In this document: piece by piece, positions 48,284 to 58,200 of the stretch
Layout of the letters: the number at the start of each line of letters is the position of its first letter
How positions within the stretch are numbered: the stretch's first letter is position 1
From: Acidobacteriota bacterium
Lineage (GTDB): Bacteria > Acidobacteriota > UBA890 > WLXD01
Length of the DNA stretch: 64,000 nt
Reading direction: 5' to 3'
Assembly (NCBI GenBank): GCA_965205505.1
Contig: CBDBHB010000009.1
Span: 2,432,001-2,496,000 of the forward strand
Notes under the pieces: generated by a model
What the model was told of the DNA's origin: nothing
The model's database searches: none
What the model saw: the letters and a program-made list of their open reading frames with translations, nothing else
Translations under genes and position numbers: made by a program

Positions 48284-51250
48284 ATGCATGGCCTAGCAGG
48301 CGGCCTGGTCTTTGTGGTGATAATCCTGGGGAGCGCCGGAGGCACTGCGCCAGCCGGCCCGGCTGCCGTCGAGGTCGCGCTACTCCAGCGCCCGCCGCCC
48401 CTATCCATCGATCCTCGGGTGCCGCTTTCGCCTGCCGGCGAAGCGGAGATCGACGCGACGCTCGCCCCCATGAGTCTCGAGGAGCGCGTCGGACAGGTGC
48501 TCATGGTGCGGGCTTTCGGCGAATATTACCCGGCCGACGCCAACACCCGGCGCGAGCTGGTGTCGTTAGTGGAGGATCTCGCTCTGGGAGGGGTGATTCT
48601 CTTCCGGTCGCAAGCGTACGAGGCAGCGGCATTGCTACACGATCTGCAGCGAGCCGCGGCTGCCGCCGGCCATCTGCCACTCGTCGTCGCCGCCGACTTC
48701 GAGTGGGGAGCGGATTTCCGCATTGACGGCGCCGTTCCGTTTCCCACTGCCATGGCGGTCGGGGCTACCTACGATCCGGAGGCGGCCGAGTGGATGGGAC
48801 GCGCTAGCGCGCGCGACGCTCGGGCGCTGGGGGTGCACTGGATCTTTGCACCGGTCGCCGACGTCAACGTCAACCCGCGCAACCCGGTGATCAACGTGCG
48901 CGCCTTTGGTGAGGATCCGGATCACGTCGGCGGTATGGTGGCGGCATTTGTACGTGGAGCACAGCAAGGCGGGGTCCTGGCAACCGCCAAGCACTTCCCC
49001 GGACACGGTGACACGGCGGTCGACTCGCACAACGCCCTGCCTGTGCTGGACCACGACAACCGCCGACTGCAGGCGGTGGAGCTGGCCCCTTTCCGTGCGG
49101 CAATCGACGCCGGGGTGGCCAGCATCATGACCGCGCACATAGCGGTCCCGGCCTTGACTGCCGACAGCAGTTTGCCAGCGACGCTGTCGTACGCGGTGCT
49201 GACGGATCTCCTGCGTACGCAGCTCGACTTTCGCGGTCTGGTGGTTACCGACGCCATGGAGATGGGCGGCATCTCGCAGCGTTGGTGGAGCGGTCAAGCA
49301 GCCATCGAGGCGATGGTGGCGGGCGCCGATCTGGTGTTGTTGCCTCCCAACCCGCGTGCCGTCCACGCGGCTCTCGTCCGGGCTGTCGAACGTGGTGATC
49401 TCGGCCGGGATCGCCTTGATGGCGCTGTACGCGGCGTGTTGCGCGCGAAGATGCGATTGGGGCTCCGCAAAGGCGTCGTCGAATCGCCGCTGGCAGCGCT
49501 TCCCGACACCTTCGCTCCGGCCTCCGACCTGGAACGCTCGCAGGAGGTTTCGGACCGCACGGTGACGCTGCTGCGCGATCGCAATGGGCTGCTGCCTTTG
49601 GACGCCCGCGATTGGAACAACGTCATGGTGGTCGGAGTGTCGGACAACGATCAGCCGGCCCCGACATCGGCACTGGTGAGCGCCTTGCGCGAACCGTTAG
49701 CCAACGTGACGTCGCGGTCGATCGATGGGCGAACTCGGGGAGATGAGGCCGCCGAGATCGTTACCGCCGCGTCGAAGGCGAGTGTGCTGATCCTGGCGGT
49801 TCGCGTGCGCATACGCACGAGCACCGGTCGCATTGCCTTGCCGCGACGGCAGGCTCAGTACGCCGCGATGCTCGCCGACCTCCAGGTGCCGACGATCGTG
49901 GCAGCGCTCGGCAGCCCCTACGCTGTTGCCGCGTTCCCGCAGGCTTCGACGATCTTGACTGTCTACGGATGGAGTGATCCGTTGCAACGCGCGGTGGCCC
50001 GTGCCGTCACCGGAGAAATTCCCTTCACCGGCAGGCTGCCGGTCTCGGTACCCGGCCTCTATCCTGTCGGGCACGGCGAGCAACGCGACGCCGTCGACGC
50101 CAAGCTGGCGCTGCCGGCGGAAGCTGTTTATGGAGCGCCGGCCGGCGACGCACCCGGCGCCGCCGCGGTGGATCTGACGGCCGCCGCGGCCGCCCTGCAG
50201 CGCTGGGCGGATGCCGGTGCGTTCCCGGGCGCAGTCTACGCTGTCGGGCATCGACGCCAAATGGTCGGACTAGGCGCCATAGGCAAGATGAGCTACGACG
50301 ATAACGCCCCACCGATGCCCGTCGATGCGCTATTCGACCTTGCCTCTGTTACCAAGGTTGTGGCGACGACACCCGTGGCGATGCGCGCCATCGAGCGCGG
50401 CACGCTGCGGCTCGACTATCCCGTGCAGGCTCTGGTGCCAGAGTTTCAGGGCGCCGACAAGTCCGCGGTCACGATTCGCCACCTCCTGACGCACACATCT
50501 GGATTGCCCGCGTATGTGGAGTTCTTCCGCGACCACGCTCCCGACGATGCGGGTTCCGCCGTACGAGCCGCGGTGCTCGAGCGGATCTACGCGACCGAGT
50601 TGGAAGCGCCGGTAGGCAGTCGCTACGTTTATTCCGATCTTGGCATCGTGTTGCTCGGAGAGGCGCTCAGCCGAGCGCTCGGCGAACTTTTCGCGGAGTA
50701 TGCTCGGCGCGAGCTCTTCGAGCCGCTGGGGATGCACGACACGATGTGGAATCCGCCGGCCTCCGAGCATCACCGAATCCCCCCGACCGAGTACGACGCG
50801 TGGCGCGGTGCAATGGTGCGCGGTGCGGTGCACGACGAGAACGCCTACGCGATGGGCGGCGTCGCGCCCCATGCCGGGTTGTTCTCGACCGCTCAGGATC
50901 TGGCGGTTTACGCGCAGATGATGCTGAATCTGGGCACCTACGATCATGATCGGGTGCTAGGGCGGTCGACCATCGATCGCTGGCGCAAGCCGCAGAACAT
51001 CGTCGCCGGCAGTAGTCGTGCCCTCGGGTGGGATACGGCGCGCGGCAGCCAGCGTTGGACGATGTTCGATGCCAGCGCGTACGGTCACACTGGTTTCACC
51101 GGAACCTCGATTTGGATCGATCCGACGCGCGGCTTGTTCGTCATCCTACTGACCAACCGCGTGCACCCGACGCGTGAGAACCAGCAGCATGTCGAGGCAC
51201 GGGTTGAGTTCCATCGCGAGGTAGTGCAGGCGATTGACCGGGCTTCATGA
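48284..51250 (+). CDS. nagZ: GH3 beta-N-acetylglucosaminidase fused to a beta-lactamase-fold (AmiE-like) serine hydrolase
   Basis: KHFPGHGDTAVDSH, IMTAH, VTDAMEM, then ASVTK (SxxK), LLTHTSG, YSD, VHDENA, GHTGFTG. Start uncertain (48233-48284). Confidence 0.88.
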   Translation: MHGLAGGLVFVVIILGSAGGTAPAGPAAVEVALLQRPPPLSIDPRVPLSPAGEAEIDATLAPMSLEERVGQVLMVRAFGEYYPADANTRRELVSLVEDLALGGVILFRSQAYEAAALLHDLQRAAAAAGHLPLVVAADFEWGADFRIDGAVPFPTAMAVGATYDPEAAEWMGRASARDARALGVHWIFAPVADVNVNPRNPVINVRAFGEDPDHVGGMVAAFVRGAQQGGVLATAKHFPGHGDTAVDSHNALPVLDHDNRRLQAVELAPFRAAIDAGVASIMTAHIAVPALTADSSLPATLSYAVLTDLLRTQLDFRGLVVTDAMEMGGISQRWWSGQAAIEAMVAGADLVLLPPNPRAVHAALVRAVERGDLGRDRLDGAVRGVLRAKMRLGLRKGVVESPLAALPDTFAPASDLERSQEVSDRTVTLLRDRNGLLPLDARDWNNVMVVGVSDNDQPAPTSALVSALREPLANVTSRSIDGRTRGDEAAEIVTAASKASVLILAVRVRIRTSTGRIALPRRQAQYAAMLADLQVPTIVAALGSPYAVAAFPQASTILTVYGWSDPLQRAVARAVTGEIPFTGRLPVSVPGLYPVGHGEQRDAVDAKLALPAEAVYGAPAGDAPGAAAVDLTAAAAALQRWADAGAFPGAVYAVGHRRQMVGLGAIGKMSYDDNAPPMPVDALFDLASVTKVVATTPVAMRAIERGTLRLDYPVQALVPEFQGADKSAVTIRHLLTHTSGLPAYVEFFRDHAPDDAGSAVRAAVLERIYATELEAPVGSRYVYSDLGIVLLGEALSRALGELFAEYARRELFEPLGMHDTMWNPPASEHHRIPPTEYDAWRGAMVRGAVHDENAYAMGGVAPHAGLFSTAQDLAVYAQMMLNLGTYDHDRVLGRSTIDRWRKPQNIVAGSSRALGWDTARGSQRWTMFDASAYGHTGFTGTSIWIDPTRGLFVILLTNRVHPTRENQQHVEARVEFHREVVQAIDRAS

Positions 51251-52683
51251 CGCCGCTGGCGACTAATTGGCTCGTCGTCATCGCCTACTTCGTGCTGACG
51301 CTCTGGCTGGGCGAGCGCGTCGGGCGTGGTCAGCAAACCGTCGAGGACTACTTCCTCGCCGGCCGTCGAATGCCCTGGTGGAGCACCTGTCTGTCGATCG
51401 TCGGCACCGAGACATCGACGCTCACCTTCGTCGGTGTTCCGGCGATTGCCTACGGCGGCGATCTGACGTTCCTGCAGGTCGCCATGGGATATGTACTCGG
51501 CCGCGTGCTGGTGGCGTGGTTGCTGGTGCCGGCCTATTTCGCGGGCCATACCGAGACGGCGTACGACCACCTAGGCCGGCGTTTCGGCTCCATCGTTCAG
51601 CGCGTGACCTCGACGCTCTTCCTGATTTCGCGTTGCCTTGCAGACGGCGTCAGGCTGTTCGCCACGGCGTTGGTTCTGCAAGCGCTGCTGCCGATGCCGT
51701 TGTGGCTAGCGGTTGTTGGTGTCTCGGGAGTTACGCTTGTTTATACGCTGCGCGGCGGGCTACGGGCGGTGATTTGGAACGATGCCATTCAGTTGATCGT
51801 CTACCTTGGCGGTGCGGTGCTGGCACTCGTGCTTCTTCTGTGGCGCATCCCCGGGGGCTGGGCAGGCGCGCACGCCGCACTCGAGCCACTCGCCAAGCTA
51901 CGAGTATTCGACTTCGCATGGAGTTGGTCGACCCCCTATGTGTTCTGGGCCGGCCTGATTGGAGGTGCCACGCTGACGATGGCTACGCACGGCACGGACC
52001 AGATGTTCGTGCAGCGTCTGCTGGCCTGCGGCTCGGCTCGGCAAGCGCGCCGCGCCGTGGTGGCGTCCGGTGTGCTCGTGCTGGCTCAATTGGCACTCTT
52101 CTTGGTGCTCGGCTCTCTGCTGTTCGTGTTCTACCAGATCCACGCGCCGTCGCCGCCGTTTGCCACCAACGATCAAGTATTTCCGCGCTTCATTGCCGAA
52201 CAGATGCCGGCCGGGGTGGGCGGGCTGGTGATAGCAGCCGTGTTCGCTGCCGCGATGTCGACGCTCTCATCGTCGATGAGCTCGGTCGCCTCGGTTGCGA
52301 CCCTGGATTTCGCGCGCCGCGGCCAGAGCCGGAGCGTCGAGTCGAGCTCGCTGCGCACCGCACGGTTGTATACCGCCGGAGCGGCCGTAGCGCTGGCCGC
52401 GGTGGCGGCGCTGGCGCGCGCGTGGGGGTCGGTGCTGGAGGCCGGATTGACGATCACGTCGATCACGTTCGGGGGTGTTCTGGGGGTGTTCCTGCTCGCT
52501 GGCACCCCTTGGCGCGTCCGTGAAACGCACGTAGCGATCGCCCTGCTGGCCGGTGTGGGCGCTGCGCTCTTCGCTCAGCAACAGACAGTTCTGGCGTGGA
52601 CTTGGTTGGCGCCGCTTGGTGCGACGGTCACATTCGGCGTGGGTGCCTCGTTTGTGTTGTTGTCGCCGACAGGCGAAATCTGA
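51247..52683 (+). CDS. Sodium:solute symporter
   Basis: DYFLAGR.MPWW, TETS.LTF, GGLRAVIW.D, HGTDQMFVQRLL, AAAMSTLSS. ATGA overlap. Confidence 0.92.
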   Translation: MTPLATNWLVVIAYFVLTLWLGERVGRGQQTVEDYFLAGRRMPWWSTCLSIVGTETSTLTFVGVPAIAYGGDLTFLQVAMGYVLGRVLVAWLLVPAYFAGHTETAYDHLGRRFGSIVQRVTSTLFLISRCLADGVRLFATALVLQALLPMPLWLAVVGVSGVTLVYTLRGGLRAVIWNDAIQLIVYLGGAVLALVLLLWRIPGGWAGAHAALEPLAKLRVFDFAWSWSTPYVFWAGLIGGATLTMATHGTDQMFVQRLLACGSARQARRAVVASGVLVLAQLALFLVLGSLLFVFYQIHAPSPPFATNDQVFPRFIAEQMPAGVGGLVIAAVFAAAMSTLSSSMSSVASVATLDFARRGQSRSVESSSLRTARLYTAGAAVALAAVAALARAWGSVLEAGLTITSITFGGVLGVFLLAGTPWRVRETHVAIALLAGVGAALFAQQQTVLAWTWLAPLGATVTFGVGASFVLLSPTGEI

Positions 52684-52689
52684 TCGTCG

Positions 52690-53631
52690 ATGGCGAGGAT
52701 CGCGGTCGTCGGTGTGGTGGTCGACGATCACATTGTGCGGGCCGACGGCACCATCGTCCGTAGTCTCGGCGGTCTCGCCTACAGTGTCAGCTCCATGGCT
52801 GCGCTGGCCGGCCCGGACGTCGAGATCCTGCCGGTGTGCCGCGTCGCACATGCCCTTCGCGACCGCCTGTATGACGAGTGGTTCGCTTTCGGCAACGTCA
52901 ATGACTCAGGGCTCCTTTCCTGGACCGGACCGCCTAGCCGGGTGCGCCTCGAGTATCGGCACGGAGGGCGCATTGGTGGAGATCGCGAGGAACGGTTGCT
53001 TTGTCCGACCCCGCCGCTCGCCGCGCACGAGATCGATCTGGCGCTCGCCGCCGATGCGATTCTGCTCAACTGCGTCACCGGAGCAGTGCTCACCCCCGAG
53101 GCCCTGGCGCGGTTGACGGCGTCGAGGACTCCCGTTCATCTCGATGTACACAGTCTGGTGCTAGGAGGTGCTGCCGGCGGCCTCCGATACCCGCAGCGCC
53201 CCGCCGACTGGCGCCGCTGGATCGAGGTCGCCCACACGCTGCAGTGCAACGAGCAGGAAGCGATGGTGCTGGCTGGCCCGGCGGTATCGGGTGAAGCGAG
53301 CTCGGACCTGGTCGAGCGCTTCGTGTGCACCACGCTGGGTCAGCAAGTCGGGCCTCGCACTGTGGTGATCACTCGTGGGGCTGCTGGAGCGGTGGTCTTC
53401 GAGCATGGAGCGCCGGACGTTCGGGTCGCGGCGCCGGACGTGGAGGCCCTCGATCCGACTGGTGCAGGGGATACCTTCGGTGCGGCGTTCGTCGTGGCGC
53501 GTGTCGGCGGCGCCGACGCCGCGACGGCAGCGCGAGCCGCGGTCAGTGCGGCGTCGGCGGCCTGCCTGCTGTCGGGTACCGAGGCGATCGCATCGCTTCC
53601 GGCCATGATCGCCTCGCTCGCTGACCGGTGA
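52690..53631 (+). CDS. PfkB-family carbohydrate kinase
   Basis: N-terminal GG, CNEQEA, ITRGAAG, DPTGAGDTF. Confidence 0.88.
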   Translation: MARIAVVGVVVDDHIVRADGTIVRSLGGLAYSVSSMAALAGPDVEILPVCRVAHALRDRLYDEWFAFGNVNDSGLLSWTGPPSRVRLEYRHGGRIGGDREERLLCPTPPLAAHEIDLALAADAILLNCVTGAVLTPEALARLTASRTPVHLDVHSLVLGGAAGGLRYPQRPADWRRWIEVAHTLQCNEQEAMVLAGPAVSGEASSDLVERFVCTTLGQQVGPRTVVITRGAAGAVVFEHGAPDVRVAAPDVEALDPTGAGDTFGAAFVVARVGGADAATAARAAVSAASAACLLSGTEAIASLPAMIASLADR

Positions 53632-53758
53632 CTCCGGGCGTCTACCGTCGGCATGTCTGCCGGCCTACGAAACCGCGGAGCGAAACGAACCGTATCCTAC
53701 AAGGAACAGCGGACCGATCTACGAGGTCGAGGCGCTCAATGGAACTTTCGGAGGCGGT

Positions 53759-54973
53759 ATGACGAGCAGATTTGCCAACCAGCTCCTGTCGAGGCGTCAG
53801 ATCGTGGCGTGGGCCACCGTCCTGGCGCTGCCCGCCTGTGCAGTGACCGTCTCCTCGGCGCCGCCGTTGCCGTTCGAATCCGAACGCCGCCTCGAGCGCA
53901 CCCTCGAGGTCGCCCCGGGGACCACTTTGCGGATCGAGAACCTTGCCGGCGGTTTCTCTATCGAGCGCACCGATAGCTCGAGCGTGGAGATCGAGGTCCT
54001 GGTGCATGCTGGGGGGCACGAACAGGACGAAGCGAACTCGCTCGCAGAACATATCCAACTGGCGCTCGAAGACGATGGCAACACGCGAATCCTGCGCGCC
54101 ACCTACCCGGTGGATGACTACCGGGAGTACTACTACCCGAGCGATCGTGAGTCGCACTCGTTCTTTGGTGTGTTCGACACGAGCAGCGCCCGGTTCGAGT
54201 ACATGGGCCGTCGGGTGAGGGTCTCGACCCGTCGTGGAGGACGGTCGGCCTCGGTTTGGGCTGACTTCCATGTGCGCGTACCGAGCGGGATACGGCTCCA
54301 GGTGCTCAACGCGGTCGGCGAGATTCAGTCGGCGTCGGTGAACGGCGAGGTCCGCCTCGAGGCCCATTTTGGCAGCATCAAGTCGCAGGACGGGGAGGGC
54401 TCGGTAACGCTAGATACGGGCAGTGGCAGCATTACGGTCGATGGGCATCGCGGTGAGGTTCTGGCGGATACCGGCTCGGGTCGTGTCGAGATACGCGAGG
54501 TCGTCGGCGACGTCATGGCCGATACCGGCTCGGGCGCCGTCAGACTTACGGGCATAACCGCCGAAGCGGTCGAGGTGGATACTGGCTCCGGCGGTGTGAC
54601 GCTCGATCGGGTCAGCGGTTCGATCTCCATAAGTACGGGATCCGGGTCGGTGCGCGCCGACGAAATCGTTTCCGGGGAGCGCGTCCTGGTTGATACCGGT
54701 AGCGGTAGCGTGCGGCTCAACGGCGACGTTTCGCGTGCCAGGAACATCCAGATCGAAACCTCGAGCGGTCGCGTCGAGATGCGCTTGCGGGCCTACCCGG
54801 CGATGAGCCTCAGGTTGAGCACCGGCAGCGGCGGCATCGACGTGGACCTGCCGGCGCTGGTCCTGGAGCGCGATGAGCGCGACCTTCTCGTAGGCCGTGT
54901 TGGCGACGATCCGATCACCCGCGTGGTCATCGACACCGGCAGCGGCAGCATCAGAATCGCCGAAGGCGGCTAG
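53759..54973 (+). CDS. DUF4097 beta-strand-repeat lipoprotein
   Basis: Lipobox LPAC and multiple (D/S)TGSG repeats. Confidence 0.82.
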   Translation: MTSRFANQLLSRRQIVAWATVLALPACAVTVSSAPPLPFESERRLERTLEVAPGTTLRIENLAGGFSIERTDSSSVEIEVLVHAGGHEQDEANSLAEHIQLALEDDGNTRILRATYPVDDYREYYYPSDRESHSFFGVFDTSSARFEYMGRRVRVSTRRGGRSASVWADFHVRVPSGIRLQVLNAVGEIQSASVNGEVRLEAHFGSIKSQDGEGSVTLDTGSGSITVDGHRGEVLADTGSGRVEIREVVGDVMADTGSGAVRLTGITAEAVEVDTGSGGVTLDRVSGSISISTGSGSVRADEIVSGERVLVDTGSGSVRLNGDVSRARNIQIETSSGRVEMRLRAYPAMSLRLSTGSGGIDVDLPALVLERDERDLLVGRVGDDPITRVVIDTGSGSIRIAEGG

Positions 54974-55248
54974 CGCTCCTGATCATAAGTACGGTGACGT
55001 TTGTGGTGCGCGCGACCGGGACGAATTGTAGGAGCGGCGACGAGGGCGATGCTGAGTGTATCGTCGAGGCGCCGCGACGCCCAAGGTGGCCGGTCCCGCG
55101 GCCACCCGGAGGGCAGGAGCGATATGCGGGCGATCTCGGCGTCAGGGCTCGTCGAGGATGGCTAAGGCATCGCCTTCCTCACCCTTCCTTGATCTCGCCC
55201 GCATCTCGCTCCTGCAAACGTCACCGTACTTATGATCAGGAGCACTAG
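54970..55248. mobile_element. IS630-type MITE, family 1 copy B (279 bp)
   Basis: Same TIRs as copy A with one mismatch, CTAG ends, inserted at the TAG of the DUF4097 gene. Confidence 0.92.
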
Positions 55249-55273
55249 TTCCGCTAGACGTAGATCCTCACGT

Positions 55274-58200
55274 CTACTGCGTGAAGTACACCGTGACTGC
55301 GGCACGCTGATAGTTTTCGGTGGCTCCCGGAAGCATGAGTTCCAGTACCGCCCGCCCAGGACCGCCGACGATAACGCTGGTTGCCGCGATGCCCTCCACG
55401 GAACGCACCGGCCACGGCGTTGCAATTTCCACTCGATAGCGCCGCCCCGGGATGCCCTCGACGCGTAGCTGCAGCGCTCCGCCGACGAGCACCGACTCGA
55501 GCACTCGCAGCCCCGTGCTGGTAGCGCCTGGCTCCGGCGCCGGGAGAGGTTGCACCACCTCCGGATACGGGCTGTGACGGAAGACCACAGTGGCCTGCGG
55601 CTCGGTCAGGGTGACGGTAACCCGAGCTTCCTTCTCGTGCGGGTGGTCGATTACCGAAAGGCCTCCGGCGATCACGACACCTGTGGTGTTGTCGGGATCA
55701 AGGTTCACGAGCACGTCGCGCGGGAACGGCAACGCAAGCTCCAGTTGTATCGGGTCGTTGCCGGCCAGGCGGTCGATGGTGAAGCCGCTCGACTCCGGTG
55801 CGCGGAAGATCGCGACTCGAAAGGACTCCGCGCCTACCTTTACTGGCTGCACGGTGGTCTCGGTCCATCCACCGGGTAGGTGCGGGTAGATCCTGAGCCG
55901 CCCCTGTAGTGCGTCGGGTCGGATGCCGAGCATGCCCTCTACGGCCGGGAGGACGGCCATGGCGTGCGACGTCGCCTGATGAGTAGTTTCGCCGGCCAGT
56001 TCGTAGGTTTCGCCGTGCAGCGCCTCGGGGATGTGTCCGAGATTGCCCTGACGCACGAGTCGCAGGTTCTGGTTCAGGTTGAGGTACCCGGCCAGAGGGC
56101 GTCCATGGGCGTATGCGGCCAGCGATGTCCAGCCGGAGAACAGCGGCCATACCATTCCCTGGTGGTACCCGTTGGGGTCGTATGCAGGACTCGACCGCTC
56201 GATCAGCCGGGCGCCCCAATCGCTGGTGATATCGGAGCTTGCGAATCGCTCCAACAGCGGCCGCACTTTGGCCGCATCGACCAATCCGAAGTACATCGGG
56301 ACCGCCGGCAGGATAGTCGGAGCCGACTGATAGGCGCCGTCGGCGCGGAGTCCGTAAAAATAGGTGCGCGCCTGCGGATCCCAGAACCCCTCTTCGAGGG
56401 TCGCCTCGGCGCTGGCGCGCCGCTGTTGCGATAGCGCCGTGAGCTCATCATCGACCATCCACACGGCCATGCGCTCGACCGCTTGCAGGGCGGCTACCCA
56501 GAGGCTCGCAAGGTAGAAGGTAGTGTGAGCTCCGTAAATTGCTCCTTCCTCGATCCATCCATGTCCGACGGCGGTGTTCTCGATCAGGCCGTCGCCGTCG
56601 GTATCGGTGCTCTCGAGGAAGCGCATCGCGCGTCGGACGCTTGGCCACAGTTGGCGTAACAACTCTCGGTCGCCCGTGGCTCGGATATGGTGGTCAAGGC
56701 CGAGGAGAAATAAGGGCGTGGAGTCGGCGGCGTCATAGTGGATCGCCCATCCGGGTGATATCTGATGGGCGATCTTGCCGTCCACGTCCTGGTACCTGGC
56801 CAAGAAGCGGAGGGCCTCGGCGGTGAGGTCGGTGCCCCCGTAAGCGTCGGCGGCGAAGGCCGTCCACACGGCATCGCGGCCGAAGTACCAAGCGTAGCCG
56901 GGCCGGCGCAGGAAATCGTTGTCGCGGTGCCACGCGGCGGCGGTCGGATCGGCGCTAGCGGCGTACCCGGCGACCAGCCCGGTTCCCATTCCCGGCGTCG
57001 TGACGCGGAATGCATCCAGACCGACCGTGGCCCATCGGAAAGCCTCGTTGAACGTCGGATCGGGAGACGCGATCGACAGCGACTCGGCCAGGAATTGTCG
57101 ATAATGGTTGGCGTTCGCCGTCCAGGTGGCCGCCGGATCGCCGAGCAACTCGAGGTACGAGTTGCGCGCGGTGCTGTCATCGAAGGCACTGGCCACCACG
57201 AACGCCACGCCGGGCTCGAGGGTCGGATCGTGTGTGACCTGGAGCGACACGCGCGCGTTCTCCAGCTGGTTGGCAGACTCTCCCTGCGACGGCGGCGCGG
57301 TTGCTTCGAGCGCCTCTGCGGTACTCACGTCGAGCTGCCGGCCGCCGATCGTGACGCTCGACGCTGGCGCGCTGAATCCGGCATAGGCTGTGAACGACGC
57401 CGTCGGATCGCGCCACACCACCGCCGCTACGCCAGCATCCCAGCCCAGCTCGATTGGACCGAGGTGTCGCGGCTCTCGCGGCCACATCGAGGCATGATCG
57501 CTTCGCCAGCGTGCGTGCATGACCACGGGGGTGTCGCTTTCCACTTCGAACAGCGCCACGAGCCCGGGTCGATCGCGCGGCACAGCCAGGTGGGCGACGA
57601 TCGTGAGGTCGTCGAACGCGTATCGGAACGACGCGCCCTCCGGCCGGATGGTGAAGGTGATGCTCTGCGCTGCGGTGTCCAGCCATCTGATCTGAGCTGT
57701 GCCTTGTCGAGAGGCATCGCGACTGAAGCCGAATCGCAGGTCGCGCAACATGCGGAGCGGATATCCCCATAGCTCATCGATACGCCCATTCCGGGTACCG
57801 ACCACGAGCGCACGCGGACTGTACAGGTCGAACGGCGCGTTGTCGGCAACCTCCTGCTCGAGCGCGAGGCCCGAACGGGCGGCGGAGACCGCCTCAACCA
57901 CATCCGCGCGTAGCTCGGTGGCAGACTCTTCGGAGCTTGCCTCAAACCAGCGCGAGCCGGCCTGGCGAGGCGTCCAATACGTGGTTGCCCCGAGCACTCC
58001 CGGCAACTCCTCTGCTGTGGGCTCGGGCGAAACGGGCCGTAGATCGCTGCCACCCGGTGGAGGTGGCGGGGCGTCGCCGTCGCCAGCGGCCATCGTCCGT
58101 AGGGCAGGAAGGGCCACCGCTCCGGTAGAGGCAATCGCGGCCCCGGGCGGCGCCGGTGGTTGATCTCCACTGATGTAGACAAGCGCGTCGCGGGCAAACA

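Noticed and set aside
54410-54960. Recurring gataccggctc-like repeats as a possible CRISPR array
   Set aside because: They are degenerate codon-level repeats of DTGSG inside a CDS, with no constant repeat-spacer structure.
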